Positions 27,328-35,603 of a stretch of DNA of 64,000 bases are shown here, piece by piece. Numbering within the stretch: the first letter of the stretch is position 1; each line of letters starts with the position of its first letter. The notes under the pieces are model-generated. The model worked only from the letters and a program-made list of their open reading frames with translations. It had not been told where the DNA came from and ran no database searches. This stretch comes from Eubacteriales bacterium (lineage in GTDB: Bacteria > Bacillota > Clostridia > Oscillospirales > CAG-272): positions 86,114 through 150,113 of the forward strand of contig JAZNGE010000009.1 in NCBI GenBank assembly GCA_045576315.1, in the 5' to 3' direction. Position numbers and translations under genes: made by a program.

Positions 27328-28278
27328 TTATATCTCCGAATTATATGATCGCATCGCAAGATACGCTATGCCGACGGCATTATCAGCCGAGCATGCCGGC
27401 GTGGCAAACGATGCTTTAAAACGCTTTGCAAGCGCTGACTTAATTATTGAATTGCTCATTACGCCGCCCGCAAACACGAATTCTGTCTCACCAAAGCGAT
27501 CCTCGTAGTCAAGAGCAAGAAGCGAAAGTGCCTTCGTAACGTACGCAAGCACGTAGGCGGACGTCAGTCGAGCATCCTGTGTCTTGTTAAACAAACCTAC
27601 CGCCAGGTTTTCCGCGCCTGAAAGGTTTACTTTACCGTCGGTTATCTTCAACTTGACGGCGGGGATTTTTTCTGCGTTTTCAAGGGCTAGCTTTTCGATA
27701 TGCGGACCTGCCGGAAAAGGCAATCCCATATGTACTCCTATGCGGTCTATAAGCTGACCGGCATTTATATCTGCCGTCCCGCCGACAAGCTCGGCGCGAA
27801 ATGCAGCGCCCGACTTACTTACACGCAGTACTTCTGTTGTGCCCCCGGAAACGTGAAAGGCGCAAAACTCGCGCTCTAAAAGATCAAGTCGTTCCGAAGA
27901 ATAAAGCGCCGCCATAATATGACCGCACTGGTGTGAAAATCGGTACAGAGGAACGCCTAATGATGTAGCAATACTCTCGGCAACGGCAACGCCGGAAAGG
28001 AAGCACGGCATATATGATCCATCAACGTTTCGCGGTCTTTCACTTACGCCTACCGCAAGGATCGTTGCATCGGCAAGATAAGTGCGTGCCTCTTCCATAG
28101 CGGACGGTATATTTTTAACGTGCGCAAAAACCGCATCGGATTGACGCAGTCCACGTTCACCGGGCTTGACCGTAAGCGGACGTTTGATGTTAGCGATCAG
28201 ATTACCGTCAACGCCCATAATAGCTACGGACGTCGTGTAATTACTGGTATCTATACCGAGTATTATTCCCTTTTTCAT
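27328..28278 (-). CDS. Kae1/TsaD-like ASKHA-fold protein (M22 glycoprotease family paralog)
   Basis: 316 aa. GIDTSNYTTSVA phosphate-1 motif, HQCGH metal motif and AGGVMSN. Shorter than canonical TsaD. Confidence 0.7.
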   Translation of the reverse strand: MKKGIILGIDTSNYTTSVAIMGVDGNLIANIKRPLTVKPGERGLRQSDAVFAHVKNIPSAMEEARTYLADATILAVGVSERPRNVDGSYMPCFLSGVAVAESIATSLGVPLYRFSHQCGHIMAALYSSERLDLLEREFCAFHVSGGTTEVLRVSKSGAAFRAELVGGTADINAGQLIDRIGVHMGLPFPAGPHIEKLALENAEKIPAVKLKITDGKVNLSGAENLAVGLFNKTQDARLTSAYVLAYVTKALSLLALDYEDRFGETEFVFAGGVMSNSIIKSALAKRFKASFATPACSADNAVGIAYLAMRSYNSEI

Positions 28279-28679
28279 TTTCTGCCAAGATCTTCAGCGA
28301 CTCTGTTAAGCACACCGTTTACAAACGAGTACGCCTTGTCGTCATCATATCTTTTGGCAAGCTCAATTCCCTCGTTGATAGAAACCTTTGCGGGAATATC
28401 GTCCATAAACATCAACTCATACGTAGCGAGTCTGAGTATTGCGATCGAGGAAAGAGAAATTCTGTCTCTTGCCCAACCGATAAGAGATTTTTCGATGCAC
28501 TCTTCAATCGCGCGTGCATTTTCGTAATAACCGAAGAATACCTTTTTAACGTAATCGTCGGTTTCCAATGATCTGACGGTAGTGGCTTTCTCGAATATTT
28601 CTTCCGCCGTCTCGTCTTTTTTGCTTGCTCCCTCAAACAAGAGAATGAAAGCGTTTTCGCGCGCTATTTTTCTGTTCAT
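28275..28679 (-). CDS. nusB: transcription antitermination factor NusB
   Basis: The start is set at the ATG at 28679 (MNRKIARENAF.., RBS ACGAGGTG). The C-terminus has the NusB motif FVNGVLN. Confidence 0.93.
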   Translation of the reverse strand: MNRKIARENAFILLFEGASKKDETAEEIFEKATTVRSLETDDYVKKVFFGYYENARAIEECIEKSLIGWARDRISLSSIAILRLATYELMFMDDIPAKVSINEGIELAKRYDDDKAYSFVNGVLNRVAEDLGRK

Positions 28680-28711
28680 AAGCAACACCTCGTGTTAATT
28701 ATATTATAATA

Positions 28712-28740
28712 ATTATAATGCTATATAGCGCAAATGTCAA
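28712..28740 (-). promoter_or_regulatory. sigma-A promoter of the nusB operon
   Basis: Minus strand: TTGACA(28740-28735), 17-nt spacer, TATAAT(28717-28712). Confidence 0.6.
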
Positions 28741-28842
28741 CAGATTTATAGGCGAAAATATTCATTTTTGCATTTTTATTCACTTTTAAGTCCGCGATAG
28801 ATCAAACTGTCTATTTTTGATCTTCTATTTTCACAAAAGTAC

Positions 28843-28871
28843 TTGAAAAACAACGTGTTATGTGGTATGAT
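28843..28871 (+). promoter_or_regulatory. sigma-A promoter with extended -10
   Basis: TTGAAA(28843-28848), 17-nt spacer, TATGAT(28866-28871), preceded by TGTGG. Confidence 0.55.
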
Positions 28872-28907
28872 ATTCATTGTTAATTTGCCAGCAAAGGATG
28901 TCACAAA

Positions 28908-29357
28908 ATGAAGAGGCTTGAAAAGCTTTTATACCACACTTGCACGTTTGCAGTACTCATATCACTACTGTTTTTGATTTTTACATTGATCGGTACAGGT
29001 GCCAAGGATATTTCCATTGGCGCAACTCGATATTTCGTCATACTTCTCTTCTCGCTGATAATCACAATAAGCAACATGATCTTCGAAGTCAACGCGCTTA
29101 AGATCTATATAAAATTTCCTATCCATTTTGCCGTTTTGTTCTTTGCATTCTTTATGATTTTCGCAAACGGAAGCGCTTTTACAGTAGATTCTGCCGCTGA
29201 TTTTATGGTAGTATTTCTTGTTTTCTCGATTTTGTATGCCATCGTTGCTACTGTATCATTTTTCGCTTTAAAGGGCGTCAAAAAGTTGGATAGCAAGATG
29301 CCGCAAAAGAGCAAAAAGGAACCCAAAAAGAAAAGTTATTCTCCCCGTTTTAAGTAA
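28908..29357 (+). CDS. small integral membrane protein with a Lys-rich C-terminal tail (unknown function)
   Basis: 149 aa with four hydrophobic helices. RBS AAAGGATG. Confidence 0.65.
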   Translation: MKRLEKLLYHTCTFAVLISLLFLIFTLIGTGAKDISIGATRYFVILLFSLIITISNMIFEVNALKIYIKFPIHFAVLFFAFFMIFANGSAFTVDSAADFMVVFLVFSILYAIVATVSFFALKGVKKLDSKMPQKSKKEPKKKSYSPRFK

Positions 29358-29360
29358 AAA

Positions 29361-29387
29361 AATGCGACGGGTATTTCCCGTCGCATT
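29361..29387. terminator. 11-bp hairpin between the membrane-protein gene and tRNA-Leu
   Basis: AATGCGACGGG/CCCGTCGCATT. The A-tract lies on the plus-strand 5' side, so the U-tract is on the minus strand only. Confidence 0.45.
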
Positions 29388-29399
29388 CATAAAACCAAC

Positions 29400-29483
29400 G
29401 TCGGTGTGTTGGAATGGTAGACAAGATGGACTTAGAATCCATTGTCGCAAGACGTGCGAGTTCGAGTCTCGCCACCGACACCA
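29400..29483 (+). tRNA. tRNA-Leu (anticodon UAG), CCA encoded
   Basis: Acceptor GTCGGTG/CACCGAC. Anticodon arm ATGGA-CTTAGAA-TCCAT. Long variable arm. T arm GCGAG-TTCGAGT-CTCGC. Confidence 0.93.
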
Positions 29484-29488
29484 AAAAA

Positions 29489-29514
29489 ACAGCCAAGCAT
29501 TTTCGCTTGGCTGT
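29489..29514. terminator. bidirectional terminator (tRNA-Leu and the ABC-F gene converge here)
   Basis: ACAGCCAAGC/GCTTGGCTGT, 10-bp stem flanked by A7 and T6 tracts. Confidence 0.8.
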
Positions 29515-29528
29515 TTTTTGTTTTAATT

Positions 29529-31127
29529 TTATGCGTTAAGTGCTTTTTTATGCTCGAGGTATTCCTCGTAAGTGCCACGATAATCGGTAAACGAACCGTC
29601 GGGATGAATTTCGATAATTCTGTTGGCAACGGTATTTACGATTTCATAGTCGTGAGAGGAGAAAAGAATATTTCCCTTGAATGCCTGCATGCCGTTGTTG
29701 ACCGCGGTTATGGATTCGAGGTCGAGATGGTCGGTGGGCTGATCGATTATGAGCATATTCGATCCAAACATCATCATGCGAGAGAACATACACCTAACCT
29801 TCTCACCACCGGAGAGAACGTTAACGGGCTTAAATACAGCCTCATTTGAGAAAAGCATCTTGCCAAGGAAGCCGCGAAGGTAGGTTTCGGTCTGATCCTT
29901 GGAATACTGACGCATCCAGTCAAGTATCGATTCCGTATGTCCTTCAAAATATGCTGAATTATCATGGGGGAAATACGAGGTCGTGATAGATACGCCGATC
30001 TTGAACTCGCCTGCATCTGCCTTTTCCTCTTCGTTGAGAATCTTAAAAAGCTGAGTCACAGCAAGCTCGTTGCCAAGAAATGCGATCTTGTCTTCCTTGT
30101 ATACGTGGAATGTAAGATCCTTGAAGAGAACGTTGCCGTTCAAGGACTTGGTAAGGCCCTCAACATGCAAAATCTCCTTGCCGGGTTCCCTGTCCATATC
30201 AAAGCCAATGAAGGGATAACGGCGGCTGGATGCAGGAAGTTCTTCAATAGTGAGCTTATCGAGAAGCTTACGGCGCGAGGTTGCCTGACGGGACTTTGAT
30301 TTGTTTGCCGAGAAGCGCTGAATAAAGCTCTGCAGCTCGGCTATCTTCTCTTCATTACGCTTGTTCTGCATTTTGATCATACGCTGGATAAGCTGGCTGG
30401 ACTCGTACCAGAACTCATAGTTACCGACGTACATCTTGATTCCGGAGTAGTCAATATCGACGATATTCGTACAAACGTCATTAAGGAAATGACGGTCGTG
30501 CGAAACAACAAGAACAGTACCGAAATAGTCGGAAAGGAAATCCTCAAGCCATCTGACAGCATCGATATCAAGACCGTTGGTAGGCTCGTCGTGCAGAATT
30601 ATGTCGGGATTTCCAAAAAGAGCCTGCGCAAGAAGAACTTTAACCTTCTCGCTCTCTTTGAGTTCGGACATCTGCATATAAAGGTAATCGTCCGTAAGAC
30701 CGAGGCCCTGGATAAGCTTTGAAGCATCAGACTCTGCTTCCCAGCCGTTAAGCTCGGCAAACTCGCCCTCAAGCTCCGATGCACGAATTCCGTCCGCATC
30801 AGAAAAATCCGGCTTTGCGTAAAGCTCGTCCTTTTCCTTCATTATGTCATAAAGACGCTTATTGCCCATAATTACAGTATCAAGAACGGTATACTCCTCA
30901 AATGCGAAGTGGTTCTGCTTAAGTACTGACATACGCACGGTTTCGGGGATATACACGTTTCCCTTTGTGGGCTCAAGCTCGCCGCAAAGTATGCGGAGAA
31001 ACGTAGATTTACCTGCGCCGTTAGCGCCTATGATACCGTAACAATTTCCGGGGGTAAATTTCAGATCAACGTCTTTAAACAATATCTGTCCGCCGAACTG
31101 AAATGCAACATTACTAACAGTGATCAA
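29529..31127 (-). CDS. ABC-F family ATPase (two ABC cassettes, no TM domain; YbiT/EttA-like translation factor class)
   Basis: 532 aa with Walker A GANGAGKST and signature LSGGEKVR. Confidence 0.9.
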   Translation of the reverse strand: MITVSNVAFQFGGQILFKDVDLKFTPGNCYGIIGANGAGKSTFLRILCGELEPTKGNVYIPETVRMSVLKQNHFAFEEYTVLDTVIMGNKRLYDIMKEKDELYAKPDFSDADGIRASELEGEFAELNGWEAESDASKLIQGLGLTDDYLYMQMSELKESEKVKVLLAQALFGNPDIILHDEPTNGLDIDAVRWLEDFLSDYFGTVLVVSHDRHFLNDVCTNIVDIDYSGIKMYVGNYEFWYESSQLIQRMIKMQNKRNEEKIAELQSFIQRFSANKSKSRQATSRRKLLDKLTIEELPASSRRYPFIGFDMDREPGKEILHVEGLTKSLNGNVLFKDLTFHVYKEDKIAFLGNELAVTQLFKILNEEEKADAGEFKIGVSITTSYFPHDNSAYFEGHTESILDWMRQYSKDQTETYLRGFLGKMLFSNEAVFKPVNVLSGGEKVRCMFSRMMMFGSNMLIIDQPTDHLDLESITAVNNGMQAFKGNILFSSHDYEIVNTVANRIIEIHPDGSFTDYRGTYEEYLEHKKALNA

Positions 31128-31142
31128 TTCAAAAAACCTTCC

Positions 31143-31931
31143 TTAAATTCTTTCGTAAAGTTCGCGAATATTTTTGAGTATATGCGTGGGCTTGGTATCG
31201 GTGTTCTCGGCATCCTCCATAGTGCCCTCGCCGCTGAGAACAAATACAGTATCAACGCCTGCGTTGTATCCTGATGCAATATCGGTATATACGCGGTCGC
31301 CAACCATTAACGTTTCTTCCTTAGAGTAACCAAACTTCTGCATAGCGAGCAAAAGCATCTCGGGCTGAGGCTTGCCAATAAACACGGGCATTTTGCCTGT
31401 TGCGCGACGAAGCATATCTACAAACGATCCGCAGTCGGGCACATAACCGTAAGAGGTGGGACACACCCAGTCGGGATTGGTTGCGATGTATTCAACGCCT
31501 CTGCCAAGCAGTATGCAAGCATCGTCAAGTTTCTTAAACGTAAGCTCCTGATCGTTTGATATAACAAGACCAAAAATGTCGTCTTCAAGAGTTGTAGTTA
31601 CGTTTACACCGGAATCTCTAAGCTGCTTTGTGAAGGATTCGGTTCCGAAAGAATAAAACTTTCTGCCCGGAAATTTTTCGTTTAAATACAAAATTGTAGC
31701 ATCTGTCGAAGTTAAGAAGTCATCATCAACCGCAGGGATACCGATGGTGTTGAGCTTCTTAACATAGGCATCAACGCCCTTTGAAGAATTGTTGGTAACA
31801 AAGATATAACGGCCGCCTTTTTCCTTAACCCTAGCAAGAAAATCAAGAGTTCCGTCAAAAAGGTCGTTATCAAGATATATCGTACCGTCCATATCCAAGA
31901 GGAAGAATTTTTTATCTGAAAGCGGAATCAT
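31143..31931 (-). CDS. HAD-IIA family hydrolase (NagD-like)
   Basis: 262 aa with LLDMDGT, VTNNSS and GDRVYTDI motifs. Confidence 0.85.
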   Translation of the reverse strand: MIPLSDKKFFLLDMDGTIYLDNDLFDGTLDFLARVKEKGGRYIFVTNNSSKGVDAYVKKLNTIGIPAVDDDFLTSTDATILYLNEKFPGRKFYSFGTESFTKQLRDSGVNVTTTLEDDIFGLVISNDQELTFKKLDDACILLGRGVEYIATNPDWVCPTSYGYVPDCGSFVDMLRRATGKMPVFIGKPQPEMLLLAMQKFGYSKEETLMVGDRVYTDIASGYNAGVDTVFVLSGEGTMEDAENTDTKPTHILKNIRELYERI

Positions 31932-31952
31932 AATACTTACCTTTCATAGAGA

Positions 31953-31978
31953 AAGGGGCACTTTTTAAACTGCCCCTT
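31953..31978 (-). terminator. hairpin after galE
   Basis: AAGGGGCA(31953-31960)/TGCCCCTT(31971-31978). Confidence 0.5.
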
Positions 31979-31989
31979 TAATTTTTTTA

Positions 31990-33009
31990 TTAGTCGTCGG
32001 GGTATCCGTCAGGGTTCATTCTCTGCCATCTTGCAGAGTCTTCACACATCTGTTCAAGACCGCGCTCCGCACGCCAGCCGAGAGTTTCTGCTGCCTTTTT
32101 AGGATCAGCGTAGCACTCTGCAATATCACCGGGACGGCGAGCTGCTATCTTATATTTAACCGGTGCTCCCCACGCTTTTTCAAACGCGGAAACCATCTCA
32201 AGAACGGAATAGCCGTTACCGGTACCGACGTTAATATAGTCAATTCCCTTCATATTAGCGGTATACTCTATTGCCTTAAGGTGAGCAAGAGCAAGGTCTA
32301 CAACGTGAATGAAGTCACGTACGCCAGTGCCGTCCTTGGTATTGTAATCGTTACCAAAAACGCTCAGGCACTCAAGCTTACCCGCTGCAACCTTTGCAAT
32401 GTAAGGAAGCAGATTGTTGGGAATACCTCTGGGGTCCTCACCGATAAGACCGGAAGAGTGCGCGCCAATGGGATTGAAGTAACGGAGAACGCATACGGAA
32501 AGTTCGGGATATGCAACGGTGCAATCCTTGAGTATGCGCTCGATCATCAGCTTGGTCTCACCGTACGGATTAGTTGTAGAGAGAGGAAAATCCTCGCTGA
32601 TCGGCACGCTCTTGGGCAAGCCGTAAACCGTTGCGGACGAAGAGAAAACTATTCTGTTAACGCCATGCTCACGCATAGCAGTCAGAAGATTGAAAGTGCC
32701 GGTAAGATTATTGTGATAATACTTGATAGGCATAGATACGGACTCACCAACCGCTTTAAAGCCTGCAAAATGAATAACTGACTCGATGTTCTTGTGAGTA
32801 TCAAAAACCTCTGTAAGCTTTTCCATATCAAGAAGATCGCACTTGATAAACTCCGGACGCTTTCCGGTGATCTTTTCGATTCTATCAAGAACGCAAAGCT
32901 TACTGTTAGAAAGATTATCAACAATGATAACCTCCTCGCCGATATTCAACAGCTCGACAACTGTATGAGAACCGATATAGCCGGTTCCGCCTGTAACAAG
33001 TATGGACAT
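31990..33009 (-). CDS. galE: UDP-glucose 4-epimerase
   Basis: 339 aa with [14 protein letters not shown] (YxxxK) and the classic GalE C-terminus. Confidence 0.95.
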   Translation of the reverse strand: MSILVTGGTGYIGSHTVVELLNIGEEVIIVDNLSNSKLCVLDRIEKITGKRPEFIKCDLLDMEKLTEVFDTHKNIESVIHFAGFKAVGESVSMPIKYYHNNLTGTFNLLTAMREHGVNRIVFSSSATVYGLPKSVPISEDFPLSTTNPYGETKLMIERILKDCTVAYPELSVCVLRYFNPIGAHSSGLIGEDPRGIPNNLLPYIAKVAAGKLECLSVFGNDYNTKDGTGVRDFIHVVDLALAHLKAIEYTANMKGIDYINVGTGNGYSVLEMVSAFEKAWGAPVKYKIAARRPGDIAECYADPKKAAETLGWRAERGLEQMCEDSARWQRMNPDGYPDD

Positions 33010-33123
33010 AATAACCTACACCCTTTCTTATGCTTTATTTTACACTACAATTATATCCTTATATATTTGAAAATACAATAGGAAAAAGAATTATTTTTAT
33101 GTAAAATAGAACGAAACTAAGCT

Positions 33124-33141
33124 TTTTTTACATTTATAAAA
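33124..33141. repeat. 18-nt AT-rich repeat, copy A (identical to 38106-38123)
   Basis: TTTTTTACATTTATAAAA, in the rpmA / galE intergenic region. Confidence 0.6.
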
Positions 33142-33143
33142 CA

Positions 33144-33170
33144 AAAAAGAGCAGTAAAACTACTCTTTTT
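33144..33170 (-). terminator. terminator after rpmA
   Basis: AAAAAGAGCAG/CTACTCTTTTT, one mismatch, with a U-tract on the minus strand. Confidence 0.6.
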
Positions 33171-33177
33171 TGAAATA

Positions 33178-33456
33178 TTAGTCAGCGTATACGCTAACCT
33201 GCTTCTTACCGCCGGAAATGTGCTCGAACTTAACAGTTCCGTCAACGAGTGCGAAGAGGGTATCATCAGAACCGATACCGACATTCTTGCCGGGATGGAT
33301 CTTGGTGCCGCGCTGTCTAACGATAATATTGCCTGCGATAACTGCCTGTCCGTCAGCCTTCTTAACGCCAAGGCGCTTAGACTCGGAATCGCGGCCGTGT
33401 TTAGTAGAACCTACGCCCTTTTTGTGAGCGAAGAATTGCAAACTGAGCTTCAACAT
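33178..33456 (-). CDS. rpmA: 50S ribosomal protein L27 with cleavable N-terminal extension
   Basis: 92 aa. MLKLSLQFF precedes [15 protein letters not shown], the Prp cleavage context. Confidence 0.97.
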   Translation of the reverse strand: MLKLSLQFFAHKKGVGSTKHGRDSESKRLGVKKADGQAVIAGNIIVRQRGTKIHPGKNVGIGSDDTLFALVDGTVKFEHISGGKKQVSVYAD

Positions 33457-33505
33457 TTCTTATACCTCCGTATTGATTTGAATGGCATTAGCCGTGTTTT
33501 GTTGC

Positions 33506-33862
33506 TTAGATCTCGCGCTCGATCTCTTTTACATCAAGGAATTCATAATATTCCTCAACAAGATCCATAAGCTGAAAGAAATAAGCCTGTATAAGACCCG
33601 AAACAGCAAACTGTTTCTTCTCATCCTTTTCATATTTGGGAAGTGCGGATTTTGCCATTACGCGTATGTCGGTAGACTGCTCGTCGATCTTATAATCCAC
33701 ATCGCAAGCATAAGATACCTCGATTGCGTTTATAAGGAACATAGTCATGCTGGAAAGAGCCGCGCACAATACGTCGTCACCGGACTCGCCGTAACCGGTA
33801 TGTCCCTGCTCTTCAAATCCGTAATAAAATCCGTTGGTCTTATAAAAAATTACTGTCGTCAT
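33506..33862 (-). CDS. prp: ribosomal-processing cysteine protease Prp
   Basis: 118 aa. GHTGYGESGDDVLCAALS provides the His/Cys dyad. Sits between rplU and rpmA. Confidence 0.9.
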   Translation of the reverse strand: MTTVIFYKTNGFYYGFEEQGHTGYGESGDDVLCAALSSMTMFLINAIEVSYACDVDYKIDEQSTDIRVMAKSALPKYEKDEKKQFAVSGLIQAYFFQLMDLVEEYYEFLDVKEIEREI

Positions 33863-33870
33863 TTTTAGAA

Positions 33871-34179
33871 TTAAGCCTCAATTTTTTCGATCTGAATCTT
33901 AGTGTAGTCCTGACGATGACCGATCTTCTTCTTCTCGTTCTTCTTGGACTTGTACTTGATAACGTCAATCTTCTTAGACTTGCCGTTCTTAACAACAGTT
34001 GCAACTACGGTTGCGCCTTCTACCTTGGGAGTACCAACAGTAAGGGTCTCACCGGAAACTGCAAGAACGTTATCAAAAGTAACCTTCTCGCCCTCAGCAA
34101 CGCCAAGCTTCTCTACGAAGATTACGTCGCCCTCGGAAACCTTGTACTGCTTTCCACCTGTTACGAAAATAGCGAACAT
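33871..34179 (-). CDS. rplU: 50S ribosomal protein L21
   Basis: [14 protein letters not shown]. The start is set at the ATG at 34179 (RBS AAGTGAGGTG), not the GTG at 34194. Confidence 0.96.
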   Translation of the reverse strand: MFAIFVTGGKQYKVSEGDVIFVEKLGVAEGEKVTFDNVLAVSGETLTVGTPKVEGATVVATVVKNGKSKKIDVIKYKSKKNEKKKIGHRQDYTKIQIEKIEA

Positions 34180-34255
34180 GAAAAAGCACCTCACTTTCGT
34201 GTAAAATCGCTACGTTAGGCGTGTATGCACACTTTCAGAGCCTAACCATAAGCGT
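34180..34255 (-). promoter_or_regulatory. candidate rplU (L21) 5' leader with stem-loop
   Basis: A ~75-nt untranslated leader between the promoter and the RBS. Hairpin GTTAGGC(34214-34220)/GCCTAAC(34240-34246). Firmicutes commonly carry an L21 leader at this position. Confidence 0.35.
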
Positions 34256-34261
34256 CAATAT

Positions 34262-34290
34262 ATTATACTACTTTGTTTCTCAAAAGTCAA
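34262..34290 (-). promoter_or_regulatory. sigma-A promoter of rplU-prp-rpmA
   Basis: Minus strand: TTGACT(34290-34285), 17-nt spacer, TATAAT(34267-34262). Confidence 0.65.
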
Positions 34291-34329
34291 GACTTTTTTT
34301 CAGGTTTTTCAAAATATTTTTCACAAGAA

Positions 34330-34356
34330 AAAGCGGTATGCCAAGCACACCGCTTT
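34330..34356 (-). terminator. terminator after the acidic zinc-ribbon gene
   Basis: AAAGCGGT(34330-34337)/ACCGCTTT(34349-34356), with a U-tract on the minus strand. Confidence 0.65.
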
Positions 34357-34363
34357 AAACTTT

Positions 34364-34822
34364 TTAGTCATTGCCCTCGCAGAGCTTTTCGTCACACTCT
34401 TCGCACTCGCCGTCGCAGAGCTGAACATCGGCGATCTTCTCGCCGCAAGCGGGACAAATAAGGTTGTCGGGATTGAGAGAGCCGTCGAAGCAAACTATCT
34501 CGCCACAAGAGGGGCACTCAAGCTCGTAGTAGTCCTCTTCGTCATCGTACTCGTCCTCAAACTCATCCTCGTCGTCATCGTAATACTCATCATCCTCGTC
34601 GGTAACGTAGAGATCCTCTTCTACTGCGCCGAGGTCCTGATCAAGCTCTTCGATGTACTCGCGAAGCTCGGCATTGTCAGCCTCAAGAGCGGTGATGTGA
34701 TCTGCCATCTCGTCGATGAGTGCAAGCATCTTTGTGAAAAGCTTGGTTTCCTTTTTGTTAGAATCAAGCTCGTAGCCCTCAAGAAGACCACGAAGATATG
34801 CGGATTCCTTATTGATATTCAT
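34364..34822 (-). CDS. highly acidic protein with C-terminal double CxxC zinc ribbon (unknown function)
   Basis: 152 aa. Helical N-terminus (AYLRGLLEGYELD), a tract DEDDEYYDDDEDEFEDEYDDEEDYYE, then CPSCG..17 aa..CPACG and a CDGECEECDEKLC tail. Confidence 0.7.
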   Translation of the reverse strand: MNINKESAYLRGLLEGYELDSNKKETKLFTKMLALIDEMADHITALEADNAELREYIEELDQDLGAVEEDLYVTDEDDEYYDDDEDEFEDEYDDEEDYYELECPSCGEIVCFDGSLNPDNLICPACGEKIADVQLCDGECEECDEKLCEGND

Positions 34823-34889
34823 AACAAATTCCTTCCTTACTGTTTATTTGCAAAAATCGCTCTCCCGTTTTCAGGAGAGCGATTCGGGA

Positions 34890-35447
34890 TTATGCTCTTT
34901 CGAGATACTCTCCGGTTCTGGTGTCGATTCTAAGAACGTCACCCTCGTTGATGAAGATCGGAACCTTAACAACTGCACCGGTCTCAAGGGTAGCGGGCTT
35001 AGTAACGTTGGTAGCGGTATCGCCACGAACGCCGGGCTCGGTCTCGGTTACTGCAAGCTCTACGAATGTAGGAGGCTCAACTGAGAATACGTTGCCCTTG
35101 AAAGAGGAGATACGGCAAATGGTGTTCTCCTTAACGAACTTGAAGTTATCGCTGAGCTGGCTCTGGTTAAGAGGAATCTGCTCGTAGGATTCGGGATCCA
35201 TGAAGTAGTAAAGCTCACCGTCGTTGTAAAGATACTCAAGATCCTTACGCTCGATAACTGCGTTCTCAAACTTTGCGGTGGGGTTGAAGGACTGCTCACG
35301 GATAGTACCGGTAATAACGTCCTTGTACTTGGTTCTTACGAATGCGGCTCCCTTACCGGGCTTAACGTGCTGGAACTCGATAACCTGGTATACCTTACCT
35401 TCCATTTCGAAGGTAACGCCATTCTTAAAATCACCTGCTGTCAACAT
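34890..35447 (-). CDS. efp: elongation factor P
   Basis: 185 aa with [13 protein letters not shown] (modified-Lys loop) and OB domains. Confidence 0.97.
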   Translation of the reverse strand: MLTAGDFKNGVTFEMEGKVYQVIEFQHVKPGKGAAFVRTKYKDVITGTIREQSFNPTAKFENAVIERKDLEYLYNDGELYYFMDPESYEQIPLNQSQLSDNFKFVKENTICRISSFKGNVFSVEPPTFVELAVTETEPGVRGDTATNVTKPATLETGAVVKVPIFINEGDVLRIDTRTGEYLERA

Positions 35448-35547
35448 ATTTCTTTTTTCTTTCTTGGCGAAAATAAATTTATTGATAGAGGCTGCCGATC
35501 CGCCACAACCTACTCAAAAGAGCGCAGTCCTCATGCTATACGGATAT

Positions 35548-35576
35548 ATTTTACAATATTTTTCTCGATTTTGCAA
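35548..35576 (-). promoter_or_regulatory. sigma-A promoter of efp
   Basis: Minus strand: TTGCAA(35576-35571), 17-nt spacer, TAAAAT(35553-35548). Confidence 0.5.
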
Positions 35577-35603
35577 TAGGTAAATTCGATTTTTTTGCAG
35601 AAA

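Noticed and set aside
29442-29849. ORF 29442-29849 (+, 135 aa).
   Set aside because: It starts inside tRNA-Leu, crosses the bidirectional terminator and continues antisense to the ABC-F gene. It is not a plausible gene.
33178-33862. The L27 N-terminal extension with the adjacent Prp protease.
   Set aside because: This is real, but it is a well-described Firmicute feature (cleavage after the FF of MLKLSLQFF). It is recorded under features only.
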